Of a stretch of 64,000 bases of DNA, positions 11,032 through 23,429 are shown piece after piece. The stretch is from Neoechinorhynchus agilis (Eukaryota > Animalia > Acanthocephala). The stretch lies in assembly GCA_051530055.1 (NCBI GenBank), contig CM121341.1, positions 11,944,784 through 12,008,783 of the forward strand. Reading direction: 5' to 3'. The translations under genes were made by a program, and so were the position numbers. Below the pieces are notes generated by a model, which ran no database searches, had not been told where the DNA came from, and worked only from the letters and a program-made list of their open reading frames with translations. Numbering within the stretch: the first letter of the stretch is position 1; each line of letters starts with the position of its first letter.

Positions 11032-12941
11032 GTCATTACTTCGTAACTTCTAAGTTAAAAAAATCAAAATGAATAAATTACGAACACGAATTAAAAAGAC
11101 GCTGTCGCTTTGGGTACCTACAAAAAGTGTCTTTATTGTTAAATAATATTGTTGATAGACTTTCACGCCGCAAAATAATGGCTAAAAATTATTTTCACTA
11201 ATTAATCAGAAAATCAAATTTTTTTAGCCATGTCCAACATCATAGATTATGAATATTATTTATAAAAAATTTAAAAGGCATCAGGAAACGAAAAAAACAT
11301 GCTGCGATTTTTACGAAGAATCTCAAGTTAATATTTTTAATTACCCTTTAGAAACCGTGAGTATGAGCTTTCATATAGTATAAGTTTTACCCTTAGTTTC
11401 TCTCTAATTTGCGAGGATAATATTTATATACGAGTAAACGGATACACGATTTAAAAAGCACTTTACGCCTATTAGTGACTATAGTTTTTCTTCGAAGAAA
11501 TATATAAAGCAATTTTAAGGCCATTAGATGCTAATATTAAGGTTTTAAAGACTGGTTAGTCTTGATTAGTATGTGCTTTTCTTGCTAGCGAAATCACAAG
11601 TTTATTTCAATTCAATGTAAGGAAATGGGAAGTATGGCGAGAATGGTAACTTTTCAGTGTTTTTAAGATTAGAACGTTTTTTTAAACGATTTGACTTATC
11701 GGTAAATAAACATTGGAAGATTTATCAATAAAAATGCTCAAAGAATTTGTCCATATGCATGGGGAATTTCCTGGCTGGTTCAAATACGCAGAGATCATTG
11801 TAAAATGCGCGAATAATTGTAAATTTTTCTAAAAAAATCAAATTTCATCATCCGAAATGATCCCCTAATAAACTCATTTAAAATTTTTTGTCACATACAG
11901 TTTACTAAACGCGCTGATCTACAAAGTTCTTTGTCTTGAATGCATTAAGTACATCTATTAGGCCAATGTACGAATTCAAACCGAGCGAGACGTTCTCCCT
12001 TTTCTCAAAACACTCATGTTTCATTAGTCATCTTTACAACAACTGTATTGTGAAGAAAACTCATGGTTTTACGCAACTAGAGGTAAAAAGGGATGGTATG
12101 TTGGAAATACAAATACCTCACTGGACGTAGGTTATAAATTTCTATGGTTAAATTGAATAGCAAACCGCATCAATTTTTTTGCCCAACTAAATTTTACTAT
12201 TTTTCAAAGATACAAAAAGAACCGTTCTAGAGGCGGGAGACAGATTGCGAAAAGTCTTAACTCGACGATGAATTCGTCAAATGGAATAATTATTTCTACC
12301 ACTTTAGTTTGTAACTTAAAAAATCTCAAATTACAATTATTCGTGACACTTAGATTCTCTAAAAACTTTAAAAAATTTCTCCGATCTTTGATCTTTTTTC
12401 TGAAATGATATATATGCCTCCGATGCGCATTTACGAACTGGCAACAATTTCCTAGGTTAATCTTTGAGAAAGTTCCGTTAAAAGCTATTATTTACAATAT
12501 AGATTTTCAATTTGAGTTTGTAATACACAAAGGCCAAGATGATGAGGGCACTCAAATAAAACAAAAAAATTAATATTTCAATCTGATAGGCCAAAAGTTT
12601 CATAAAGGGTTTTTAAAGGTTACCTCTTCGAAGCTAAAACGTGGAATACAAAAATTATTCTTTTTTTTAGTTAAATACATCAGTAGCGTGCCTAAATAAC
12701 ACTTCTAATCATAAAACCGGGTACCTCACATAAAGACATTTCGATACTGCAGTGCTTTTAAAGTTCCTTCCTTTTGAACAATGTACCATCGAGGAACTAA
12801 GAAAACATAATTTACGATTCACAGAATCGGTGCCTTGTTCAATAACAAAAAGGAGCATTTTATAGGGCATTATTTTCGAAGTGTGTCGAACTCTTAAGAG
12901 TGAACAATGAACATAAAAATAACAAATAATCTTTCTGGTTT

Positions 12942-14462
12942 TTAACGATTTCTTAAAATATCATTATCAGCTGAATTAAGTACATCAGAGATTCCATTTC
13001 GGACGCTATTGAAAGTTTTAATCGCATAATCTATGCAATCAACCGTTTCCACGTTAGATTCCATATCTATTGAATCAGGTTCGTTGTTGTTTGTCTTGTT
13101 GTCGAAATGACAGTCAACATTTATCACACCAGACTTTATCGGGTCAGAGATTCCATTTCGGACGCTATTGAAAGTTCTAATCGCATAATCTATGCAATCA
13201 ACCGTTTCCACGTCAGATTCCATATCTATTGAATCAGGTTCGTTGTTGTTTGTCTTGTTGTCGAAATGACAATCAACATTCATCACACCAGACTTTGTTG
13301 GGTCAGAGACTCCATTTCGGACGCTATTAAAATTTCTAATCGCATAATCTATGCAATCAACCGTTTTCACGTTAGATTCCATATCTATTGAATTAGGTTT
13401 GTTGTTGTTTGTCTTGTTGTCGAAATGACAATCAACATTCATCACACCAGACTTTGTTGGGTCAAAGTTATCTTCCCAATGTTTCTCAAATTTGACATTC
13501 TTGCAATCTACTGTTGCTACATTATATCCACTTTCGACAAGCGACCGTTTTGTCACATATGCCTTGATTAGATCAATACAATCGATCGTCTCTATACCAG
13601 ATTTAGAATCATCACAGTCCAGTAAGTCGACTTTTTGCTGATTTAAAAAATCACTGGTTAGGTTGCGTTTTCTCGTTTCTTCAACAGCATTGATAAGTTC
13701 AGTCCAATTATTTTCTGCGCTTTCCAGCTCAAGTTCCAGTTTACAACTTTTAATTAAGGCTTCGATGAAACAATTAGCGTTGCGGTGAAATAATTTTTGT
13801 CTTTCCTAAAATTTGAATTTGTATGAGAGAAAAATAGAGCTTTACTAACCTCTAATAAAGCAATACGTTTTACAGCAACGTCCGTTTTTGACGGATTATC
13901 CTTTGCGGAATATGCTGAAGAGAAAGCCTTTAGTTCAGCATCTCGTTTTTTCCTGTGACAATGAAAAATTTTTTATACTAGGAGTTAATATAACTGAAAC
14001 TACTGTAAAAGGTATTAAAGAAATATTTGGATTGAGCGACTAAATCAAATAAAATTCAAATGTCAATTTCGCTAAATGTATGAAGTAAAAAATTTCGTTA
14101 CGAAATTCTAAGGCGGGGTATTTCTTTATCGAATGCATCTTATAGAAATCTGCAGGAATGAGATCTATTCGATCATCTAATGTATTTCTTCAATGGGAAA
14201 TACATTACATTGTAGCATTAAGAGCTTACTTTTTCTCAGGGTCGATCAATATCTTTCGATTGTACGAAATAGATTTCTTCGACATATTCTCCAGCTTACG
14301 CCTTCTCCATTTTTCGCCAATATTGACTTTGTTCTGCTTCAGTTGTGGTTCAACACGCACTTTTTCCTCGATTTTTTGTATTATTATAGGAATTCTAGAG
14401 CATTCGATAAATCGGGAATTTGCCTTATTAAAATAACGCACATTTAGACACCGATTGTTCAT
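12942..14462 (-). CDS. Three-exon orphan protein with three tandem 53-aa C-terminal repeats
   Basis: Exon ~14462-14229 (MNNRCL...IDPEK) joins by GT-AG introns to ~13960-13850 and then a long open exon ~13808-12942 containing the repeats. Confidence 0.65.
12986..13463. repeat. Coding tandem repeat, 159-bp unit x3
   Basis: Anchor CAGAGA(T/C)TCCATTTCGG at 12986, 13145 and 13304 (period 159); protein unit DPTKSGVMNVDCHFDNKTNNN.P.SIDMES.V.TVDCIDYAIR.FNSVRNG.S. Confidence 0.95.
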
Positions 14463-15830
14463 TTTGCTTTAATGTATAAATTTAGCGGTTACAGACAATG
14501 AATTGCTATGGCTACCAAAATGAAAGTTAATACAAAATTTGAGGAAAATTCGGATTTAAACATTGAAAAAAGACTAGCTCTAACTAGAATTGCATTCACT
14601 GACATCGTTATGTTCATTCTGAAAGTGTTTGAAGATTGAATTGTTAAATATCTGGTTGTTTTATATGACGAAGAAATTAAAATGATTTTATTTTAAAATC
14701 CGATTGATTTCGAAGGCACATTCTTGTACACGCGTTTATCACAAAAGGTTGTAAATTAATCCAATCAGTCGACTCAATCAGATTAATTCATAACCTTGAT
14801 AAAGCCACAATATTGTGTCTACCAAACCAATCAGATTTTAAAATAAAATCATTTTAATTTCTTCGTCAGAAAACAGCCATTCTGAAAGTCTTCATAAGAA
14901 TGTTAGCTTAAAAATATCATCGTAACACCGATGGATGTGTTCAGGTGGTGAATTGCCACTACTTAAAATAGAAAAGTTCAAAAAATCTCGATTATCGAGA
15001 TGAAAACGACCTAAAAAATACCATCATAATATTTATTGTCAAAAGTTCCCAAAAGCAGTCCGATGTTAGGTGCAAAAAATACGAATTACTTAGTAAGGAC
15101 ACCAAACTAAACTCTATGAGCAACTATTTAAGTCGAATTCCGCAGATTCAATTCGGATGAGCGTTGAACAGAATACGGCAAACATTGGGAGCTTCGTATT
15201 GTACGACGGACGACGTAGAAATGGAGCAAACTTCGTTCCATAAAGACTATCCATTAGAAACCCGAACAAATTCGTTTTCACTTTTCGGTTACACATCAAA
15301 AAATATTGAGAAATCTGTTGGGAGTAAAAAGGATTAAAATCGTCGAAGCTTAATTTACTTTCGTTTAAAAACTGATAGATGACGCGTCAGAATCTCATTA
15401 GTCCACCAATAAACGGACGCTACCGCGAAAAAGTATCTAATACTTCGCTATTTTTTTGTTGAAAACTAACATAAAACTAAGTCATGTTTTCTCGCTTTTT
15501 TGAGCTCATACAATCTCGCTGTTACTTGTGAGTAAAAAAATAACTGATATTCATAGAAGAGATCATAAACGATATGTTCAGTTGGTCAATAACAAAACTT
15601 TCTACACTTTGTTCACACTTCGTTCACTTCTTCATAAGCTCGTGCCATGTTCACATCGAAAATTCAACTAACTTCAAGGAATCTTCACAATCTTCAATGT
15701 CGATTTGGATAGAACCGTTTATTGATTTATATGAAAATCGTTGTTTCCTTCACTCTAACACAAACATAAACGTTTACACGTTTAATCCCCGTATATATTA
15801 TCATTTGAACTTTATTTCTTTATTGTCCGA

Positions 15831-17294
15831 TCAATATCGTCTTCGCCTTCTATGATCGCTTCGATCATCACTACTGGATGAACGGCGTCGATAACGACGG
15901 CGATCACGACGGTCATCGTCTCCATTTCTATAAGAAGATCGGCGATAGGAATCACGGCCAAGATATACACCCGGAGTTGGAGTGTGTTCACGTTCTGTTA
16001 TGCTGAAATCAATACGCATAATTGCACCGTCCAATTCGGTCCCGTTAAGAGCACTTTTAGCCGCGATGGCGTCTTTTGTGTGACGGAAATACTGCTTTTG
16101 AGATCTGATGTGAGTCAAAAGAATGGCGATTTACGCTCCCTTACGCGTACACGAGCCATACAAAAACCTTTTTCTCTCAAAAATGATCCCGATGAAGCGA
16201 GATGGCGGAAAACTTGAAGCATTACGAGTCTTCAACCGGCAAATATTCTTTTTTACGTAAGGAAAAACGTTCAACGAACCTACTCTCGGCGAATTCATCA
16301 TCAGTTCATATAGCGGTTGGTTTTTTGCCTAGAAAAATTAAAATGATTTTTTATTTTAAAATCCGATTGATTTCGAACTACCTTGATCAATGCGTACAAG
16401 ATTTAATTTCTTCGCCAAAAAACAACCAGATATTTAACAATTCAATCTTCAAACAGTTTGCAAACGTTTTTTTTCCATAAAAAATTGTTTACCGGTTGAG
16501 GACTTGTAAACTATTTCGAAATTTTGAAGGAATTAATCTCGGATTCAATAAATTCCTTGAGTTTTTTTCGCAATAAAAAATTCAATGTTCAAATATATGT
16601 ATAAAATATTTCGCGATCAGTTATCATTAAAATGATGGACATTAAACATAAAGAAATTTCAATCTAGTCAAAAATTCATATTGAAAAATCAACACACTCA
16701 ATGTATTCACCCAAAAAAATGCAAATTTTACGAAAACGACTAGAAATATTGTTAATATGGTATCGTATTCGTTATTTTACTAACGTTACCTCGAGCTAAG
16801 ACCGCATTAGAGAGTTCGGCTTCAAAACATAATAATCCATGATGGTATATTGACCGTTAATGTCTTATAGATCGATCCCCAACCCGATCAGATCACGGGA
16901 AGCTTAAACAAATCCAAATCCTCTAGATAATCCAGTTTTTCGATCATAAATAATCCGCAATCGATCAATCTCTCCGAATCGATCAAAGACAGTGTGAAGT
17001 CGGCGTTCTCTAATATCGTTATGGAGACCAAAAACACCGATCACCCGCGACGGGTCCGGATTTTCTCTATCACCAATGTGACGTTTACGATTGGAGTACG
17101 GCGAACGACTCCGATGTCGCCGATTTCCATTATTAGACCCGCGATATCTCAACGGAGAAACTTCAGACGATGAGTAACGACGGTCTCTCGATCGACTGCG
17201 TGAACAACGCCGTCTTTCGGGGCTCTAAATAACCTCTTAAATTAAACAAAGAACAAAACATTCACAAAACACTTACAAGAGAACGCGGAGTCAT
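15831..17294 (-). CDS. tra2: Transformer-2-like SR splicing factor (RS-RRM-linker-RS), at least 3 exons
   Basis: RSRSPYSNRKRHIGDRENPDPSRVIGVFGL...IIYDRKTGLSRGFGF and YF...NGTELDGAIMRIDFSITEREHTPTPGVYLGR match the Tra2 RRM and its diagnostic HTPTPG linker; RS-rich ends. Confidence 0.92.
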
Positions 17295-17889
17295 TTTTGA
17301 AATTAAGACGGTTTCTTAGGCTTATTTCGAAACGCCGTAGTCCGTAGTTGACACGGAAGAAATAAAAAATGGCGGATTTTGAAATAAAGTGCTGACGTCA
17401 TAGTTGACGACAGTGAAAAAACAAAACTAAAAATTGGATTTTATTAGCCTTAATAGTCAATATTTTAATACAACTATGTAACTACATGGAATTCTTATAA
17501 AAATTGATGCGCAGGCCGCCAGTGAAGGTCACTGATAAGGAAAACCCTTTTAGTTTTTGCAAGAAGTATTTATAATGTCATTATGTTAGGAAGTACCGGG
17601 CTATATGATTAGAAGTGTTATTTCAAAGTCTGTACCCCGGTGTTTCCAACTACTTCGGGTTCATTATCAGTTTGTTAGACTACGAAGTTCGAAACGTTTT
17701 TAATGAAAAATTATTTAACGGGTGTAGACTTTAAAATAACACTGCCAAGTTTTAATTAGGAATTAAAAATAAAAAGAATCTCCCAGCGGAAAACGCTTTA
17801 AGGAGATTCTGTAAAGCAGTTTCATAGTATTTTAATCTCTTTTCCTGAACAAATCTTCTGCTTCTACATATCGAACAAGACTCAATAAG

Positions 17890-18926
17890 AATCGATAAAC
17901 AAAAAATCGAAGACTGTAAAGGAGCAAATTGAGTTTAATCCGCTACCAGCTACAATGAGCAACAACAGAGTTCAAGGTGAAGCCACTCGGAATTCATACA
18001 AAACTAACTGTAAACTCGAAGATCTGAATAATAGAGACAACGCTAAAATACTACTTTGCTCCAATAAGGTATCAAAGGTCCAAAGAAAGAGCTTCAATCA
18101 AGGTTTTACCAAATGGCAAAATGTTTTAGGTTCGATCGCGAAATGTAGCTTAGCAAATATTAGTCATCAAAATATTCGTGATAACTCGCATCGATTTTAT
18201 TGTTGATCAATATTTATAGATATCGGCTGTCACATCCGATCTTATCAAGACTGAAATTCTTTGTTAACGCTTTCATCCCTTTATAATTTTATAACAAAAT
18301 TCGAATTGATCCTGCAGCTCAATTGTCCAAATAACTGTTTCTAAATAAAACATTCCAGCTCTCTTCAGATATTATAAAGGATCAGGAACGATAAAACTGA
18401 TCCAAACAGAGTCAACTTAAAGCAGATATCAACATCCTCTTTTGATTTACAAACATTTATTCGCAGTAATCCTGAATTACTACGTAGCGTTCCTGGAACG
18501 GATAAAATGGAAAAAACAGCTACGATGAAGTTTAAGGACGATTTAGGGAAGATTGTGGATTTCAGTGTTTTCGGTAAACTACATTCTGGACGGTCACGAA
18601 AAAATCTGGATAAAAAGGAAACGAAAAATCTCGGCAATGAAGAGCCTAAAGACGAGATGACGACCGGTAATAGAAAAAGAAAAATCAATACCGATAGCGA
18701 TAAACGACCGGCAAGCAAAAGATCGAAAACTGTGAAACAAATTGAGCTTAATCCGCCATCAATGACGATGAACAATAACAACATTAAAAGTGAAGCCATG
18801 TTAAATTACACTTGGTACTTAATTGGCTTGTCACAATCGCCCGTCTTATTGAGAATGTTGCAACAGCTCAATACGGACTTACAATACATTCGAAAGTGGA
18901 CTGGCGAACGGAACTTCATGACTTAG
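17890..18926 (+). CDS. Putative spliced orphan gene 3' exons, K/N-rich with NLS-like clusters and an internal repeat (duplicated at 36745-37781)
   Basis: Open frames 17890-18206 and ~18368-18926 preceded by AG acceptors; SKTVKEQIEFNPLPATMSNNRVQGEA repeats as SKTVKQIELNPPSMTMNNNNIKSEA; RKRK and KRPASKRSK clusters. Confidence 0.4.
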
Positions 18927-20049
18927 AATCTATTGAGTTAGAGATTTTAGTTGTAAATAAATCCGGATGTCGATATACGAGAATTTAGTGTTCGTGAGAA
19001 TGGTGGCTTAAAAATGCGAAAATTAATTTTATGATTATCGCACGCTGTTTGCTCTACACATCGCGCTGGCAAACTAAAACTTTATTAAAGATACAGGCAG
19101 CAAACGAATATTTTTAAACCGCTAGCAACTTCTCATCATAACTTTCAGACGCTGAGGAATTGACATTTGGTTGTGGGCAAGTATTTTGCGTAATTGTTTT
19201 ATTCGATATCGATTAATGATGCCTTAAACTTTCCAAGCAGAAGCGACAAAAGTTAACGTATGTAATATACTGAATCTAGTTTCGGTAGAGCATTAAAAGT
19301 TAATTTAATTGTGATCTCTTAAAGAATAATAATCGTTTTACTAAGAAAGTTTCGTTTTCGATCTGTACGAACCCTTTGACTGAAAATAACTAAAAATTAT
19401 CGATTTGTAAGGTATCGTCCCCGATGAAAATTATTAACTGTGTTGTAGGTGATGAGAAGAATAGATATTGATTCATTGTTCTCAATAATTCGTCCGTCTC
19501 GTCGGACTTCAGGTTGCTTTTAAGTTTTCTTAACTCCGACGAAACGGACGAAATATTTAAAACTCTCATCACCAAAGGACACATTTATAAATAAACAACT
19601 TCTTTACAATTTCTTTGGCATATAGCTAATAATTTGGGTCCTTCAAGCTCTTCTTTGATTAAATTTTTAAAATATCTCTACAAAAAACCCAAATGGTGTT
19701 AGAAAGATGACTTCGGAATAAAATATTCACATTAACTCAGGCATTTGATAAGGTTACTCAAACTCATTTGTGTAAACTTTTAGAGTGATCAAATTCTTTT
19801 TTCTGTGGTACTCCCCAGTGTGGAAGATCTGAAATCATCGGTTTCAAGCATTCTCAACTTCATGAGTTTTTTTCTAAGAAAATGATCATATTCAAGATTC
19901 CCGAAATGAGGAACCATATTGAAAAATGAAAAAGACAATTGGCGTCGTTCTGGGAATTTGCGATACGTAACTTTGAAGATATCATACGAGTTAATCAGAA
20001 CGCCAATTTGCGAATCTCATTTGCTGATCGACATATAATAACCAACCAC

Positions 20050-20155
20050 CACACCACGACTCGGCTCTGGGATGTTGGGCGCATTCACAGTATTCAGGGC
20101 ACGACTAAGAATTTCGTTCAATTCGGCGTATCGTGAGTACCTTCCGCCTGATTAC
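20050..20155 (-). mobile_element. Short CRE-clade fragment (duplicated at ~38905-39010)
   Basis: Minus strand reads SGGRYSRYAELNEILSRALNTVNAPNIPEP, homologous to the other CRE copies. Confidence 0.7.
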
Positions 20156-21185
20156 CAATAGGTTACCGAAATCTTCACACAAAAAATTAACAGCCTCTTA
20201 CAATAGAATGTTCTTGTGATTGATGCCGGCTCTTCACGTATGCAGCTAAGGCCACTTGCGCCAAACAAACAGCAATGCGGTACTAAAACGATATTTTAAG
20301 CCTTAAAACTGATCTACTGGATTTTTGATTCAATTCGAAAAAATCAATATCGACTTTTTTAATGTCCGCTCAGTAGATTTTCTTGCGTTTTTGTGTGTGT
20401 GTTGCCCGTTGCTGATCGATGAACGTGAAATTACAATGATTGAATTAGACAATGTAATTATTTTTTTATCGCTGACCATTGATCAAATATCGACAATATG
20501 TGACGATTTAAATTTTTCTGTGTAAATTCAAGTATTTTGTTTTCCAACGCCGTGAAGATAATTAACAATGAAAAATCGAGAGATGCATTTTTTCACGCTG
20601 TATGTTGTTAACATCCTTCAAATTCGACCGCCAGTACTATTGTAAGCTGGAATAATTCGACTGTTAATTGGGGGAATGCTCAAACAAATCACAATAATTT
20701 GAGAAAACCAATCTACGTGTAAATTCTCTTATGAAAGGAACCAACAAATCTGGCAACTGTCATCTTGGTGCGGTTGCTCTCCTATTTCTGTTTATTTACT
20801 GAAGATTTTGGTTTGAAGGAAAACGAGTCATTGAACTCCTCGGATGCTCTACAGATACGGTTTTAAAATCATACAAAAAATTTCGACTAAATTTGGTTGT
20901 CTCGTTCGCTTATTGGATGGTGCTTTTATCTGTTTTCCGTTTCCCAGTAGTCTTAAACAATTAAGAAACCCCATTGCTATTGATGACGGCTCCTCAAATT
21001 ATCCGTATTACTTCAATTCGAAATTTATTTTAATCAAAGTAACTCACGATAGCTCGTTTTTATAGTGCAAATAAAAAATGTAAGTAAATTCAAAACGTAA
21101 TCCTGTTTGCTTTCTTCTCCAAGTGAACAAGTCGAGTAAAATTAGAAATAAAGAGTGTTGCAAACCAGTGTAGCATCGAATAAAA

Positions 21186-21707
21186 ATGCTCTTGCAATGG
21201 ATCGAGAAGATGTGCCTTAATCCGGAGAGGACTATACAAACCGTTCACGAGATTCACGATCTTTTAGACAGCCAAGGCATTTTCAAGGGAAATATCAATC
21301 GTAAGGAAATCGCTGCGTACCTGTTCGTTGCCTGCAAACGGAATCGCAGACCGAGAAGCCTGTTCGAATTCTCCAAGATCTGCAGGATATCACGAGCAGA
21401 ACTTCACCAAATGGTTTCTATCATCCTTAAGGCCTTGTGTGATAAATTTCCCTGTGCAAACGAAATGGATTATCTCAAAGAAGGTTGCATTCGATTAAGA
21501 TTGAACACCGAAATTGAGGAAAAAGCTCAACAACTTTTGAACATGTGGGGTGCCGGCTTTCTCGCATCGGCGAGAGCTGCGTCAGTGATTGTTGTCGCAG
21601 CCGAGAAATATGGTCCGGAGCTTCATATTCAACAAGTTGCCGATGAACTCTCAGTGTCCGTACAAACCATAAAAAGTTGTACAAGGCGATATTCAAGAAA
21701 CGCATGA
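21186..21707 (+). CDS. Divergent TFIIB-like core domain (two cyclin folds), intronless, no zinc ribbon in the ORF; copy 1
   Basis: GIFKG...IAAYLFVACKRNRRPRSLFEFSKICRISRAELHQMVSIILKAL aligns by eye to the first TFIIB cyclin repeat (LKGR...[39 protein letters not shown]); second repeat ends in AASVIVVAA...IQQVADELSVSVQTIK. Confidence 0.8.
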   Translation: MLLQWIEKMCLNPERTIQTVHEIHDLLDSQGIFKGNINRKEIAAYLFVACKRNRRPRSLFEFSKICRISRAELHQMVSIILKALCDKFPCANEMDYLKEGCIRLRLNTEIEEKAQQLLNMWGAGFLASARAASVIVVAAEKYGPELHIQQVADELSVSVQTIKSCTRRYSRNA

Positions 21708-22293
21708 ACTTTCTCATGCAGATATTCAATTCGACTTCAAATTTAACCTTTGGTTTTGCTCATCTTAACATAAACCAGAAGTTCCAATAAAACGACTGTT
21801 TACGTTCCTTGATTAACTGAATAATATAATACAATTGCGTCTTTTTCTAAATCTGCTTTGTTAAGAAGCCTTAATCAAGCGACGAAATCCAAATGACATG
21901 AACAAAATCAAGCGCGAATAGAATTAAAATGTTTATATTTCCGAAAAAGCAATGAAACAAAAGTTTGTTTCTATAAATGTAATGTTTAATCGCAGTGAAC
22001 AGTGTGATGGTAAATTGTGACCTGAAAGTATAAAGCACCCTTAAAATTTAAATCTTGCTTAAAACTAAAATTTCTTTAAATTTGTTTTATTGATTGTGGG
22101 AACTATCGAAAAACAAATAAGCAACGATTTTTCTAATGCAATTTTACAACGCGGCAATCATTTTCCGAATTATTGCTCAATGAATGTAATTTTTAGATGC
22201 GCGTAAATGCATCAAATCACGGATCGAAACAATATTAAAAATTTTCAACAAATAAGTGAATGCCTTTATTAACAAAATATAGTTTTCGCCTAC

Positions 22294-22996
22294 TTAGCAA
22301 ACAGTGATTGCTACGAGAAGCAATAACCAAAAACAACCCACCAAAATGGTCGCTCCATTACACTCGTTCACTCCACGGTCAATCGATTGGACATTTTCGT
22401 CAAACGAACCATGGACATTTCCTGGTTCATCAAAAAATCCGACAACTATAGCGTCTATTCGGTCATCATTTGCAATGGTAGCATATCCGAACCCGGCCAT
22501 ATACGACCTTCTCCATATCATTTGCGTATACCGTGCAGACCGATCGAGCCTTTCACGTTCATTGTCAAAATCCGTCCTGTGATAATTTTTCTTTTCACAA
22601 TACCATTGATTACAAACAATTCGAGCTATTTGCCGTGGATTGATGGTCAACGAAACAGCAGGCGCTTTATGGATTGTGTAAACGAATGTTTGGTTGTATG
22701 GATGCAATTCAGGAGCGTTTTTGTTAAGTAAATACTCTGCCTTGCGCTGAGCTCTAGCTGACATTCTATTGGGTTGATTTGTTATTTCAGTCCATCCCGC
22801 CATACAAATCCACCTCTATATCACTGAGAGCAATCAATGGAACACTATTGTTAAATCGGTGTTCATTATGACAATCGAGTAATTCCATCGTGAACACTCT
22901 CCTGGCTTTATAGGTCACATCATCAATTGGCTTCCTGTAACTTATACTTTTCAGCGCTAAAGCAATAATGATCATCAATGTCAAGGAGCAACACAT
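22294..22996 (-). CDS. CAP/SCP (PR-1/VAL-like) protein with signal peptide and hydrophobic C-terminal tail, 2 exons
   Basis: Exon 1 MCCSLTLMIIIALAL...LDCHNEHR; a 40-nt GT-AG intron joins to exon 2 with WYCEKKNY, RYTQMIWRRS..AGFG and VVGFFDEPGNVHGSFDENV (CAP signatures). Confidence 0.85.
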
Positions 22997-23429
22997 TCAG
23001 CTGACGTTTAATGGGAAGCGCGAGGCTTTATTCCCGAGAGATCGCTCTCTCGTTGAGACAAAGCGTAACTAATACAAGTCTGGATTAGTGTCGAAGAAAG
23101 CATTATTAAGCTGCTGCTGGTGGTGGTGATGGTGGAGAGACGCAATATTCTTTCATTCGCGGGTGTCAAACGAACCGCCGAGAATGTGGAATCCGAGACA
23201 AACTGCGATGAGCGTTTGACAGTTGCTGTCTGGCTGAGAATAAATGAAGGTGCGATCTATGTCATCATGAGTTTTGATCGTTGTAAGTTTATCTCAAACC
23301 ATCTAAAATGGATTAAGTCTTGAAATTCGGAGAATACTGATAAAATCATAAACTTTTCTAACTAAATTGAGTTTTTAGATAAGAAACTTTTAAAATTGTA
23401 TTCTTGGCTCAGCCGGTTGCGTTTTTAAC

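Larger units (their letters stand above)
17783..21712 (+). repeat. Segmental duplication, copy 1 (~3.9 kb)
   Basis: Direct copy at 36638-40567, offset 18,855 bp; ORFs recur at the same offset (17955/36810, 18507/37362, 21186/40041). Confidence 0.97.

Noticed and set aside
19390-19915. Minus-strand coding-like stretch inside the duplication (ORF 19390-19584 and upstream pieces)
   Set aside because: Multiple stops, no consistent splice model and no recognisable family.
23100-23300. Possible second CAP paralogue upstream of the CAP gene
   Set aside because: Only a GSFD tetrapeptide match; no other CAP motif.
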